Notes: a model not told the origin generated them from the letters alone. Positions 25,217 through 37,711 are shown, numbered from the whole stretch's first letter. The stretch: DNA of 62,630 bases, filler included, from Asterionella formosa (GCA_002256025.1; 21 parts of 21 records of this genome joined end to end with filler, not necessarily neighbours in it); one strand, 5' to 3'. Made by a program: numbers and translations.

Positions 25217-27037
25217 TCTATGCCCTCTTCCTGAAGGAGCAATGTATTATATATTGTTAAAATTCTATGCGCACCTTTCAGTTTCGACGCACTCCCAAGT
25301 GATCATCTCACGCCTGCCGGATGAGATAGACTGGCTATTCATTCGAGACTCTCTCTAAGTAACTTTCTTGAATGTTAAATGTTCTGCTACTCGAGATCGT
25401 GTTCACCTAGTACCGGTACTCCTACTGGTTATGGTATTCAGCAACTGAATGATGGTTTGCTAATGGAATTCACCAATCAATAACTTCTAGTTCATAGTCA
25501 ACAGTTTGTAGTCATAGTAAGCAGTTTCTAGTCGTAGTCAGCAGATTTCTACTAGTAGTTGCATGTCGTAGTCGCCAACTGGATCAGTAATCATGAAAGA
25601 GTGGTCATTTTGAAAATGTCAATGGACTATTTATAGACATTACTTAGATAGAGTATCAAACAAAATTTCGTTCGACCTACAGATTACGGTAGTGTAGCGT
25701 GTTGCATACTGTGAAAGTGTCAAATCTGTTCGTAACTTAGAATTGTGAATCATCTAAACTATGTGAAACAATGGGCCCATCGGTGACTTCAATTTTCGTA
25801 GTCAATATATTAGTGTTATTGCAATTATTTTTTCCAATTGTATTATCTATATTGTGTTAGATATAGTATTTACCAGATGGCATGGCATCGTTTTCATTTT
25901 CCACTGAGAAAATCGTTATTTTCGACATGGTCAAGGCGGAGACGACATGATGCAGGATCATTCTCCAGCTGCGCACAAGAACTACACTGTAGCGTTTAAT
26001 ATACAGAAAGAAATCGCAACATCTAAGCTAAATAATTATATACTAGCATCTTCAAGGCTACCTTGGGTGTCCTCAAAATAGATACCGGTATCCTAGTATC
26101 ATAAGTAAAACATGCATGTCATGAGCATTGTCTAAGCATACCGGTATTACTGCACCCCCGAGTAACAGCATTTATTTATGGCATCATTATAATGCAGCAA
26201 GTACCAGTATGTAATGAAACCAACCCCAATTTACTTATCATTTCGATGATAATACAATTTTTTTTAAATATTTTTCGATTTTTATTTTAATAAGCAAAAA
26301 GAGTCATTTAAAATTTAGTTAGAAAATATTCTATCATTGATAGAAACTATTATTGATTTGCTACATATTTTGTCAAAAAAGTAATCATGAATTCCCCAGA
26401 TTAACTCATTGTGCATTTTTGGACACTTTTGCGCAAAGATTGTAGGGTACTCTAGGTGTATGTAGGTGTATGTGAAGGTGTTGGGCCAACTACAGGTCGT
26501 GGTGTGTTTGGATTGAAACAAAATAGTTTGGGTTGAAATGCTTGGGTTTTGATTCATTTAGAAATTAAGTTGTTATGATTGTGAAACTAATCGCTTAACC
26601 AGCTAGGTTGAGTGGTATTAGTGTATGCACAAATGGGCATTGTAGATCGTATCTGATCTGTCTTTAAGGTTCTCTGTTTGGAGAAATTGTTTATTGATAG
26701 CAAAATTTAAAGTTAGATTTTTTGTTTTTGGTGGGTTGTTATCTTTGAAAACTAATCAAGTGTGTAACATGACCGGCTTTCAGATTGGAGTGAGTGGTTT
26801 TGGGCTGCTCAGATTGTTTGTGTGGCCAGGGGTGTTGATGGCAGTACTGGTGTAAGTGAAAGTAAAACTCAATTGTTGTTAGATTTATTTGTTGTGCTTT
26901 CTACTGTTGTTTGATTGTTGTGTAAACTATGTACAAAGAAAGACAATGGTGACAAGATTTAGTACTGCGTGCACGTTAGTTCAGTCGAACTAATCAATCT
27001 TGAATAACATTCCAGCCAAAACCCAGTATTGAAATGC

Positions 27038-27405
27038 TGTAAGAATTTGAACAGCATTGATTGCCAAGAACTATATCAGCAAACCATGATAAATATTCGA
27101 ATTAAAAATGTTCTAAGTAATCAATATTTCAGTGAAGGACAGGTATATATGCAATGCAGATAGCATTGAATATTCACGATTGTTCTACTAAGTGATTGGA
27201 GTTGAGTTGTCAGTTGAGAATTGAATGTCTAACAACACAATGAATATCTATATACAAATTTGGGAAGAGAACCTTAATAATTGGTCATGTGAACGATTAC
27301 AACAAGATAGATCAAATAAGCTCAAAATAAGAACAGAAGGTTTTTGTATACTGAGCTTGTCTAGAAAGAGCTAGTATTGCAGTCAGACTGCAGAAGAATT
27401 TGACA
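27038..27405 (+). mobile_element. Probable solo LTR (family also at 43293-43418 and 59199-59444)
   Basis: 27169-27405 is near-identical to 59199-59444, and all three copies end at GAAGAATTT(A/G)ACA. The 5' limit (TGTAAG at ~27038) is a guess and no clean TSD was found. Confidence 0.7.
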
Positions 27406-28974
27406 CAATGGTGTCGATTGTATTGAGTGCATGGTGGCATGTTCTCATGTAGTTTGTGATGGGGCGTTAGCCACATCAGTTGGGTTGAAAGTAAAACCAT
27501 GATAGTTCCGCGAATGTGGAAAGTGAAAAAGCATACTAAGTTTCTACCAATTGGAGTGTACCAGGAATCTCCAGGTGGGATTCGTTGAGTCAGAGTCGTT
27601 TGGGAGCAGGTGTGGTCGCCATATCATGCTAATTGTAATTATCGTTGTCGGCTCTGTTGCCAGCCACTGTGTTTCTTAAGAGTAGCACCAACGCGATTCG
27701 TCTCTTTTTGTTCCATGACACCATAGGTTGATGCGTAGGTTTCTGCTGTCAGAAGAGAGTATTCCGCTTCGAAATCAATCATTGTATAATAGTTTTTCTC
27801 TATTCCAGCGGTAGTCATTAAATCGGGACACATGACAATGTAGGTGCTTCATGTAGGCTAGTACTATGCTCCAGAACCGTTGTATTGTGAGGGGGGAAGG
27901 GCGAGGTCCGCCATGGTGGGGAGGAGGAACCCCTCGGCCAGAGCGCTACCCAGACTGATGGAAAAACAGAAACTTTTGATGCCATCATTTCAATTGAATA
28001 CAAATATAGTCAACACAACCACATCTAAGCCACAAAATAAGCCACTTTTCGAAATTTGTTCTACGTAGGAGTGTTAATTATGTGGTACTTCACATGAATT
28101 AATGCTACTCTTCCCGTAGCAAAGGTTTTTTTAACGGTTTCGTGTGAAGATTTCACAAAAACTTTGAACTCGAGACTAAATTAGTTGATGTTTCAAATAA
28201 TTCATTTTAAAGTTCAACTAAGTCCTACTCTTGAGGCTCATTCATTTACAACATAGTAAGGATATTTGTGGTGTCTTAATTCATGCTACTGTGGTGTCTT
28301 AATTCAGCTACAGTTTATGGTTGTGCACTTCACGTAAATAATATTTATTATTATTCTAAACAAGATTACTTGTCGTGGTTTCATGTGATGGTTCACAATC
28401 ATACGGTTATTTCCAAAACAGGAATAGTTGATGTTACAATTAAATATTTTAAAAGTTCAAGATAAATTTTTTAGAGGATCAATCATTGCAAAAGACAACT
28501 TCACTACTAATTGTTTGATTATAATCTGCCCGTATTTGATTGAGAAAAACGGAGCGAAATGGATCTCGAGAAATATCGCGACATGATTCGTGATGTAAGC
28601 AACAACCAACCCTAATGAGTACAAAACAGGTACGGAACGAATCATTTAATAATTAATTTGAAATGCTAAACTAAATATCTATTCGAATTAGTGTGTGTTA
28701 TCGACTGCAATCTTCGGAGTGCTATCGGGCATGAATTGATGGAGAAAATCGAAGCGATGTGGTTGTCAGCAACGGGGGCCAAAAGCATATCAACAATCAT
28801 CCTTACCATCGATATTATCAGCATCCAATATGAATTCTCTTATTCTTTGCACATAAACTATATTTCGTATGAATTCTAAAGATATAAAATATATGAATAA
28901 CATACATGTATTGTGAATATGTCTGGAATTGCATTGTGATGCTGAGTGTGTTGACCTCAATTATGAATATGTAT

Positions 28975-29175
28975 GGTATCAGGGTACCAGGTACCGGTAT
29001 AGAAGGCCTACACAGGGCTATGATACATACTACCAGTACCAGGTACCAGGGCTACCAGGTACCAGGTACCTGGTACCTGGTACCTTGGGTCTTTTGACCC
29101 TGCACTCAGACATACTACCTGGTACCAAATAGCTATACTGTATGGTACCAGGTACTCCTGGCTGGTAGGAACCAG
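28975..29175. repeat. Low-complexity GTACCAG/GTACCTG/TACCGGTA array (similar arrays at ~13480-13530, 31540-31630, 36080-36114, 48800-48835, 50590-50830, 51200-51350, 56600-56640, 59480-59600)
   Basis: Read directly, e.g. TACCAGGTACCAGGTACCTGGTACCTGGTACC. Confidence 0.9.
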
Positions 29176-29384
29176 GTCGTCATTACAAGTGTGAGACTGT
29201 AGGTTTGCCCTTCCAGTATTTCCGTCGTCCCCTTCTTGTTACAATAGGAATTATGCCGTTCGTACTGTGAAACTGTACTCATTTCTACGTTTGTACTGTG
29301 GAACTGTAGGTTGCTTTCTTGCCCTACCAGCATTCCCGTATTCCCCTTGTCATAATAGAATATGGCGTTCGTACTGTGAATATA

Positions 29385-30250
29385 TTAAGAGTAACCATTG
29401 GCTGTGTCCTCTCCTTCTTGTCATATTTTTTTTAGCTAGGTCATACTTGTAGCATCAGAATTTGTCCCGACGAAGTAAGACTGCGCCAGGTTTTTTCGTG
29501 TAGATTGTAGGTTCTGTTGGTACAAAGATGAAGTCATGGCTGCGCCAGGATTTTTGACCTCCTCTGAATTCATAAAGACAACATTTAACCATCACTGTGC
29601 ACAATATGTTTTCAACATGGGGACGACCCTTAGAACCCGCATCCCCCTTCTAGCTTTTCAGCGCCTCACCATTAACAAATCCGTCATCAGCCAAGAACTC
29701 ACATATTGTTTGTTGCAACAACAGAAGGTGGAATGATGCAAAATTGAGATCGTAAGCAATCGATGCTTTTAAGGTAAGATTTATTTGCTTACTATTTTTG
29801 CTATCATATCACCAAGCGAAGGATAACTCATACTGAAATGTTGTTGTTTTCAAAATTCATTTGACATTTGAACAGGCCTTTTCAGAAAAGGAGTGTTCTT
29901 TGGAAAGCATGAGTGATAGAGGGTGAAATGATACAAAATGGAGACCCGCAATGGAGGCCTGTAAGGTAAGCTCAATCTTCAGTTTTTGTCATTTCATCAG
30001 CAAAGCGAGCGATAAATCACATGGTTCTGTTATTGTTGTCTTCATTTATGTTACATTTTAGCCGTCCATTTCACAACAGGAGCACTCTTTTGAACGCATC
30101 AGTGAGTTGTGGTGCTGCCTGGTTGTTGCCGGTTTGTTGTTTCAATTCGACTGCCCCAAGGAACAGTTGAATACTACTACATGTGTGTTGCTTTCTGCTG
30201 TTGCTAGTTCTATCATATGAATTACTGACACACAATTGATATGTAAATCT
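29385..30250 (+). repeat. Dispersed ~860-bp repeat, inverted copy at ~39920-40800, with an internal ~193-bp duplication
   Basis: GTGTAGATTGTAGGTTCTGTTGGTACAAAG..GAAGTCATGGCTGCGCCAGGATTTTTGACC matches the reverse complement of ~40618-40680. Two similar units start with AAGGTAAG at ~29771 and ~29963. Confidence 0.88.
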
Positions 30251-30539
30251 TTACAGGTCAATGAAGAAGTCATTTCAAGGACAACAAGGAAGCCAGTGTG
30301 TGATGCATTCATGTTGCAACTTTGTGCAATGATGCCGGTTCAAGAGTGAATAATTTTTCCCTTCTGAATGAATGGCTTCTCTTCGTCTTGCAATGTCCTT
30401 ACAGATGTCTCATGATGCATGCCTTCTCAAGGCTAAAGATTCCATTCTGATAGAACAGCTTTGATTGATTGCATATCGAGATTTGTTTCCCATGTAATGT
30501 GAAATACCGGCAGTTGAGTTAGGAATCATAATTATTAGA

Positions 30540-30867
30540 TAGTACTTTTAAATTACGTAAACAAATTTAATACATTACATGAACTATATTATAGAATTAT
30601 GTGAACTAAATTATAAGGCAATGTGAACTAAATTACAGAATTAATTGAAGTATTTCAAATAATTACGTGAAGGTGATCACGTAATATAGTGATGATCAGG
30701 AATGCATGCATGATACTCTGATCAAATAATTAATGTGATGTATTCAGATAAAATATAGATATATTCAAGTAAGCATTTTGATGTATTCAACTAATTCATG
30801 TGATCCATTCAAAATCAACTAGGCTTATTTACGTTATGGTCACTTCACGTAATACGCGGCTTAGATG
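30540..30867 (-). mobile_element. AT-rich interspersed element with a sharp shared end CATCTAAGCCGCGTATTACGTGAAGTGACCAT (copies at ~37405-37800 and ~41298-41424)
   Basis: Three near-identical copies with different flanks begin at the same point. Confidence 0.8.
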
Positions 30868-30871
30868 CAAG

Positions 30872-31235
30872 ATGAAATGGACACAAAGAAAAGAAAGAAA
30901 AATGTAGATACATCTACAAAATACAAAAAGAATGATGTCAGATGTAATGATAAGAACGGAAAACTTACTGGTTCCACCCCACAAGGGCTCACTGGTAACC
31001 CAGCATACGATGAAATTACAAGAGACAGAAACAATTGCAGTGCTCAAGATCTATCAAACAATGAAATGGACACAAAGACAAGAAAGAAAGACGTAGATAC
31101 ATCTACAAACAACTAAACTGATGCGAGTTATAATGATAAATATGGAAAACCTACTAATTCCCCCACACAAAGGTTCATTGGTATCTCAGAAAATAATGAA
31201 AGGACACGGGACAGCAGCAATTACATTGCTGACTA
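30872..31235 (+). repeat. Two-copy 189-bp tandem duplication, probably a decayed coding repeat
   Basis: ATGAAATGGACACAAAGA.AAGAAAGAAA.A.GTAGATACATCTACAAA at 30872 and 31061 (63 codons apart); the second copy has a stop. Confidence 0.75.
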
Positions 31236-31703
31236 CAACTAGAAGTTACTGATTGGTGAATTCCATAATTAGAAAACTGTATTCCAGTTGCTAAATACCA
31301 CTGCAAGTACCGGTAGTAGTAGATGAACACGATTTCGATTATCAGAGCACGACTTGGATTTAATGATTGATAAAATTTAACATTATCGAAATTTACTTTA
31401 GAGAGTTTGGAATGGAAAGCCAGCCTATCTCACCTGGTACCAGTAGGCATGGGATGAGTCACTGGGAGTGCTGAGTCGAAACTGAATAAGTGCGCATAAA
31501 ACGTGCGCGAACAGACCTTCCAGGTATCGATATTCAGTACGGTAACTGGTGCCGGTACTCCAATCTCCCATCAATCCTTAAATAGTTACCAGACCAGTAC
31601 CAGGGGGTAGCTATCATGGCTGACATACCGGTAGCTAAAGTCCTTATTTACATGCCCAACCGTGTTCGCAGCAAAGCCATCGTCCTCACTGTTTGAAGAT
31701 AAA

Positions 31704-33116
31704 ATGCCACGAGAAATCATCACATTACAAGTAGGCCAATGCGGAAACCAGATTGGTTCTGAATTCTGGAAGCAACTGATCATGGAACATGGATTGAATC
31801 CGGACGGGACTGTGATGGAAGCTCCTGCAACTACTTCATCACCGTACGGTCCCTTTCAAGCGACACACGATGATCGCAAAGATGTGTTCTTCTACCAGTC
31901 AGACGACGATCGCTATGTACCAAGAGCTATATTGATGGATTTAGAGCCAAGAGTTGTCAACAAATTGGCGCACGGGCCATTGAGGAATCTATTCAATCCA
32001 GAGAATGTATTCATCGCATCAGACGGGGGAGGCGCCGGAAATAACTGGGCGAGTGGATTTAGACAGGGAGAAGAAAACCACGAGCAGGTGATAGATATGA
32101 TTGACCGAGAAGCCGATAATTCAGACTCACTAGAAGGATTTATATTGTCTCATTCCATTGCCGGTGGAACAGGATCCGGCATGGGGAGTTATCTTCTTGA
32201 GAAGCTTAAGGATCACTTCCCAAAAAAGCTGGTACAAACATATTCAGTTTTTCCTAACTGGGATCAATCGCAGTCAGATGTCGTGGTGCAACCGTATAAT
32301 TCAATTTTGACCATGAAGAGACTGATACTTCACTCCGACGCTGTCGTTGTGCTCGACAACACCGCACTGAATCGAATCGCTGTCGACCGGCTTCGAATCG
32401 AGAACCCGACTGTGGATCATCTCAATAGTCTAGTTGCGACCATTATGGCTGCCAGTACAACAACTCTCCGATATCCAGGATACATGAACAATGACTTCTC
32501 TGGCCTCTTGGCCTCACTAATTCCAACTCCTAGATGCCACTTCCTTATGACAGGATATACTCCCCTGGTTCTAGCCGACTCTGTGCCCCCAAACATTCGC
32601 AAAACCACAGTCTTGGATGTCATGCGCCGTTTAAGTCAACCCAAGAACATCATGGTCTCCGCAAACACCAGAAACGGCTGCTACATTTCGATGCTCAATA
32701 TTATTCAAGGCAATGACGTGGACCCTACACAAATACACAAAGCTTTGCAGCGAATACGAGAGCGAAAGCTTATTCCGTTTATTCCGTGGGGACCAGCTTC
32801 GATTCAAGTTGCCTTGGCACGAAAATCTCCCTATCTTCAGAGCCGTCATAAGGTGTCAGGGTTTATGCTTGCCAATCATACGAGCATGGCTGAACTATTT
32901 GATAGGCTTTTGTCTCAGTATGATACCATTCGATCAAGGAATGCATTTTTGGACAATTATCGGAAAGAACCAATGTTTGCGGACAGTTTGGACGAGTTCG
33001 ATGATGCTCGAGAGACGGTGCAGCATCTCGTGGACGAGTATAAGGCTTGTGAACGACCCGATTATGTAGACTTCGTAGCAAGTGTCTTTGCGAGACCTAG
33101 TGGTGGCACAAGTTGA
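31704..33116 (+). CDS. TUBG1: Gamma-tubulin, intronless, 470 aa
   Basis: [80 protein letters not shown]. Confidence 0.98.
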   Translation: MPREIITLQVGQCGNQIGSEFWKQLIMEHGLNPDGTVMEAPATTSSPYGPFQATHDDRKDVFFYQSDDDRYVPRAILMDLEPRVVNKLAHGPLRNLFNPENVFIASDGGGAGNNWASGFRQGEENHEQVIDMIDREADNSDSLEGFILSHSIAGGTGSGMGSYLLEKLKDHFPKKLVQTYSVFPNWDQSQSDVVVQPYNSILTMKRLILHSDAVVVLDNTALNRIAVDRLRIENPTVDHLNSLVATIMAASTTTLRYPGYMNNDFSGLLASLIPTPRCHFLMTGYTPLVLADSVPPNIRKTTVLDVMRRLSQPKNIMVSANTRNGCYISMLNIIQGNDVDPTQIHKALQRIRERKLIPFIPWGPASIQVALARKSPYLQSRHKVSGFMLANHTSMAELFDRLLSQYDTIRSRNAFLDNYRKEPMFADSLDEFDDARETVQHLVDEYKACERPDYVDFVASVFARPSGGTS

Positions 33117-33305
33117 TAGCGCATGCGGAAAGGAGCATTTGAAAGGAGGGATATGCTACAGCATTAGCGTATACGTAAGCGAATTTGAAGCTATTCCGAA
33201 CACATGACAATCAGGGACATCTAGTTCTACAAGTATAAATTGGGCAGAATGTTTAACGGAAGAAAAGAATTACGCTTGCGAATTTAGAATCAAGCATACT
33301 GACAC

Positions 33306-35540
33306 CTACAATCGTCGAATCCAGCCCATCGCTTGCTGCACAGGGTCATCAACAGGCTTGTTCAGAGGTTGACTTGTTTCAGTAAAAGCGGACCATTCCG
33401 TCAATCCACTCTGACCTCTTTCGCGATTCTGCTTAGTTTGCTGTGAGCTCTGACTAGTGTATTCGCTGTACCCAGATTGTGAGTTCTGACCAGTGTGTTC
33501 ACTATGCCCAGATTGTGAGCTCTGACCAGTGTATTCACTATGACTAGTGTATTCACTATGCCCAGTTTTTGAACTTTGATCAGTGTATTCGCTATGCCCA
33601 GTTCTTGAACTCTGATGAGTGTATTCGCTATTCCCGGCTTGCGAACTTAGACCAGTGTATTCGCTATGCCAAGTTCGTGAACTCTGACCAGTGTGGTCAC
33701 TGCGGCCAGTATTGTGACTGTTACTAGTAGCTTCACTGCCAGACTCAGATGAATCGTCCTGTGATTCCACGCGGCTCGATTCGTCATGAGAGTCTCTCGT
33801 TGCAGTATCACAAGCTGATCCCTCGCTGTTGTATTCGGTCTCGGATCCTTCAGATATAGCTTCATGTTCAGAGAACAAGCTCTTGAGCGACCCGCTAGAC
33901 CTTTTCGATGTGGAAGTGCTTTCCGAACACGATCCGTCGGAGGTTGAACCAGAGACAAAGGTCTTGCGTTTTTCATAGGGCATGACCGGGCGTTTTCGAG
34001 TATGTGCTCTTGATGATTCGTCACCAGAAACACCAGTATCGAAAATACTGTTATCATCATCCTTCTTAGTTGGCAATGTCATAATTATGTTGGTAAAGGT
34101 TAGGAAACTGCTATCAAGAGTTGATTGCATCGAAGCAAGCATATGCGTCACACTTCCAGTAAAGTTAGATGCCGAGAAAAGCTCAAGCTCTGCAAGTTTG
34201 GCTTGATATGCAGCACGAGCGTCCAATTCGGAGCAGGTAGTCGTCATCGTCTTGCCACTGAAGACAGAAACAGGCGACATGGTGGACATGTCCTCTGGGA
34301 CTACTTCGTTCACCTCATTTGAGAATGTGCGAAGTATTCGATGAGCTTCGGAAACGTAGAATTCGCCCGCTTTGATTTTGTTATCAGACTTAACAAAATT
34401 CAAATCGGTGGCAGTGAATAGCTTGAGCTCATTCATGCGGCGTTGGTGGTCTTCCCGTTCGATCCTTTCACTGAAGACTGTTCTCTCGTCTGACGTGACT
34501 GAACAGCTTTCGACTATAACGGGTGGATTGTACGTTTCGGTAATCGGCATATCATGGAGAATGAGCTCTCGCACTTCCTGCCATGATGCATCTGGATTGG
34601 ACAAAGCCGTGGAGACTGATGGACTGGGGGAAAGTCTCCCAGAATAGTGAGCCTTGAGTAAATCGTTAAGTCGACGTGCCTCAGCCGCATATTGAAAAGC
34701 TTTTCTTGCGTTAGCTTCCATATCACGAGAGTCAGTACAATCCTTGTCGTTGATGCCGTTAACAGTCACATTGTTACATAGGTTAGTACGAGGAACGATA
34801 CTAAGTAGCTTCTTCGCCTTTTTACGGTATCGAGACACCTTCCTCAAGACCTTTTTAGGGTTTGCGATTACTTCATCCATTGCAGTGTCGTTGGACCTGC
34901 CATTTGCTTGATGTTCAGGGGTCGACAACGGTGTAAGAAAGTCCAAGCCCCTCAAGATATCATCCGTTGAACTTCCAACCGCGCCACAAGTTGGGAGATG
35001 GAGCTTGCTCGAAGCAAATTTCCCTTTGAAAAGTTTGTTGAGAAAACCGCCAAAGGTGCTTCGTCTAGAAAACCTAGCCTTCGTCGAAGCTGCAGTGAAA
35101 GGCACATCGGATGGAGGAAACGCATCGGAGATGGTGGTTTCAGGCGTCAGCAACAAGCCATTTGGACTGTTGCTACTTTCAGTTCGAGTAGCACCTTTGA
35201 TTGGCGGAGTTACCACAGGGATCCTACTTACCGTCTTAGCATTTTGAGGTGCAGATTCCACGTTGCTGCCGCCATTTCTACGTCGAACAGTGCTATAACT
35301 GGATTCTTCTGTTCCTTTCTTCAAAGCAACACGATTAATTTGCGTTGACTTTTCGATTAAAACTTTTTCTTCGGGAACGCTCTTCGTAATGGGAGTGCCC
35401 GGTCGACGAGATAACTTGCTGCTTCGTGCCCTCCTCCGATTGTAATCTTTCTTCTCCTTTTCCAAGGCATAAGAGATAGCGGCAGAAGCCGATTGCGCCA
35501 TTACTTCAACATCAGTCGATTTTGAACCAATAGTAGTCAT
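33306..35540 (-). CDS. Hypothetical Ser/Thr-rich protein (~744 aa) with C-terminal 12-aa repeats
   Basis: Long open frame with first ATG at 35540; no family recognised. Confidence 0.8.
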   Translation of the reverse strand: MTTIGSKSTDVEVMAQSASAAISYALEKEKKDYNRRRARSSKLSRRPGTPITKSVPEEKVLIEKSTQINRVALKKGTEESSYSTVRRRNGGSNVESAPQNAKTVSRIPVVTPPIKGATRTESSNSPNGLLLTPETTISDAFPPSDVPFTAASTKARFSRRSTFGGFLNKLFKGKFASSKLHLPTCGAVGSSTDDILRGLDFLTPLSTPEHQANGRSNDTAMDEVIANPKKVLRKVSRYRKKAKKLLSIVPRTNLCNNVTVNGINDKDCTDSRDMEANARKAFQYAAEARRLNDLLKAHYSGRLSPSPSVSTALSNPDASWQEVRELILHDMPITETYNPPVIVESCSVTSDERTVFSERIEREDHQRRMNELKLFTATDLNFVKSDNKIKAGEFYVSEAHRILRTFSNEVNEVVPEDMSTMSPVSVFSGKTMTTTCSELDARAAYQAKLAELELFSASNFTGSVTHMLASMQSTLDSSFLTFTNIIMTLPTKKDDDNSIFDTGVSGDESSRAHTRKRPVMPYEKRKTFVSGSTSDGSCSESTSTSKRSSGSLKSLFSEHEAISEGSETEYNSEGSACDTATRDSHDESSRVESQDDSSESGSEATSNSHNTGRSDHTGQSSRTWHSEYTGLSSQAGNSEYTHQSSRTGHSEYTDQSSKTGHSEYTSHSEYTGQSSQSGHSEHTGQNSQSGYSEYTSQSSQQTKQNRERGQSGLTEWSAFTETSQPLNKPVDDPVQQAMGWIRRL
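33440..33710 (-). repeat. Coding minisatellite, 36-nt unit (consensus GHSEYTGQSSxT), about 7.5 copies
   Basis: GRSDHTGQSSRT WHSEYTGLSSQA GNSEYTHQSSRT GHSEYTDQSSKT GHSEYT SHSEYTGQSSQS GHSEHTGQNSQS GYSEYTSQSSQQ. Confidence 0.9.
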
Positions 35541-36224
35541 GTGCTCTTCAATGTATGCTGATGAAAAGGAATCAGTGGGCAAGATATTAAAGTTTGAGTG
35601 TCTATTGCTTCTCGACGGTATGTTTGTGGGTCGATAAACTTGATCTCTGGATCAGTCGGTCTCTCGAGGACAAGAGGAATGCACATCCTATATTTTACAT
35701 ACATAAATACTCCCCAGAAGTTAGGTATAAAATTTTCTAAAAAGCCGATACTTACGCGCACGCTCGTTGATCACTCTATTCACTACTGTACAATGTATTT
35801 AAGCGAGGCAGCCGTAAACAACAAAATAGACCTTGGTGATAAAACCTGATACTATCGCTCTCTAAATCAGTTTCAAAATATTTCCATTTACGGTTGTTGG
35901 ACAGTATTAAAATTTTACATTTACACAAGCTACACGCCGGCCAGCCAAATTTACAAGATGATAGGAATAGTTAGTATGTAACTGAAAAAATGGAAACATG
36001 CCAATGTTGAGGTTGGCATACTTTCGCGTACCTGTAGTCCGAATTCCTACGCAGGTGTGTCTGAATACCTCTGATAAAACACCGGTAGCAGGGTACCAGG
36101 TACCTGGTACTGTANNNNNNNNNNNNNNNNNNNNNNNNNNNNNNNNNNNNNNNNNNNNTTAATTAATTAANNNNNNNNNNNNNNNNNNNNNNNNNNNNNN
36201 NNNNNNNNNNNNNNGGCATGATAA

Positions 36225-36990
36225 ACTTTTTATTCACACCCTGAATTTTAGGTCAAACCGACACATAAAACATGGTCTGTACAAAATGTACACACAAGAA
36301 TGACTTCGACCTTGGGCAGATCACACCCATCCATACCTAATACAGAAAGTACTGATAATATGTTGCAGGGGAATAAAATTATTGTCACTTTGTAGTATGA
36401 TGCACACAATCAATTACGACTCACCATCACTTCATTTCAACCTCAACCAAATAATAGAATGTTGATGAAATCATTCATGAATACTCAATAGATAGCTATT
36501 AGTAGTGTTAGTACTACAATGGCATGATTCTTCGGTTGGCTGCTTGAACCAAATTAATTCCCTTATTCATTTCAATAACTACTACTAGTAGCAATTCGTA
36601 AGCATCAAAATTTCAAAATTTTAGTTTCGATGCTAACATTGTAGTCTTCCGTACCATAGTAGATTTATCAATACTGCTAGCTAGTTTGAATAATCTCTTG
36701 CACATTGTGAGTTTACCTTACTTCATGCACTCGCTCCTTGAATTGCTCAGCATGAAGCCTCAATGATCATACGCTTATGGAGCGAGTTCAATCATCTCTT
36801 AAATCTATCAAAGAATCATGTTTATTTGTGTGAGTTTTTAACTACCCGACCTGCTTATTACTAGCTTGCAACAAATGGTGGACCCTCTCTGACAAATTTG
36901 CATGACATGGTCGTGGTGGTGATTGAGAATCCAGAAAGCTTGATTCAATTCAACAATCAAAAATTCGCCTGAGTTTAAAAACACAAGTCG
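36225..36990. repeat. Second copy of the dispersed repeat at 2280-3050
   Basis: Colinear reverse-complement similarity. Confidence 0.88.
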
Positions 36991-37600
36991 GTAATCAAAA
37001 TGGAAACAACCTTGATCCCGCCCACCAAGCCTATCAACGCAAGAAAGAAACTGCCGAAGCCCATCTTGACTTGCACAAAAATAAGTTCTGCCAAGAACCT
37101 ATTGTTCTTCTTGGCATCTGTTGGCATTCATGCTCTTGGACCAAATGTGCTTGCATCTGCAATGTTGAGAAAGAGAAAGGTAAAGGAACTAGTTACTGAT
37201 CGTCAAAATAAAAGGCAACACGAATTTGTGAAGCTACAGAACAAATTTATTGCTCTACATACCACAGCCAACAAGCCTGAGCATATGCTGTCAGTTACAA
37301 TGGAGATTTGCCGGTACCACAAGGAGCAAGACAAGCCCTAACTACTCGCTTGGGTGAGACCTCACACCGAGAAGATCATCATACGCCAAAACAGGTCTGA
37401 GGTGCATCTAAGCCGCGTATTACGTGAAGTGACCATCACATAAATAAGCCTAGTTGATTTTGAATGCATCACATGAATTAGTTGAATACATCAAAATACG
37501 TAGTTGAATATATCTATATATTATCTGAATACATCACGTTAAATATTTGATCAAAGTATCATGCATGCATTCCTGATCATCACTATATTATGTGATCACG

Positions 37601-37711
37601 TTCACATAATTATTTGAAATACTACACATAATTATTTGAAATACTTCACATAATTATTTGAAATACTTCACATAATTATTTGAAAATACTTCACATAATT
37701 ATTTGAAATAC
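37601..37711. repeat. 22-bp minisatellite x5 (TTCACATAATTATTTGAAATAC) inside the CATCTAAGCCGCG element
   Basis: Five head-to-tail units; the homologous copy at ~30648-30672 has one. Confidence 0.92.

Noticed and set aside
31662..31703. N-terminal extension of gamma-tubulin from a GTG start
   Set aside because: The conserved MPREI start at 31704 is the eukaryotic ATG.
36080..36114. GTACCAG-type array at a contig end as a telomere
   Set aside because: Irregular, mixed orientation, and common at internal positions.
37000..37341. 113-aa ORF as a transposase C-terminus
   Set aside because: Faint resemblance only, with no catalytic motif.
37601..37711. 22-bp repeats as a CRISPR array or iterons
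   Set aside because: Head-to-tail with no spacers; a local expansion of a motif that is single in a homologous copy.
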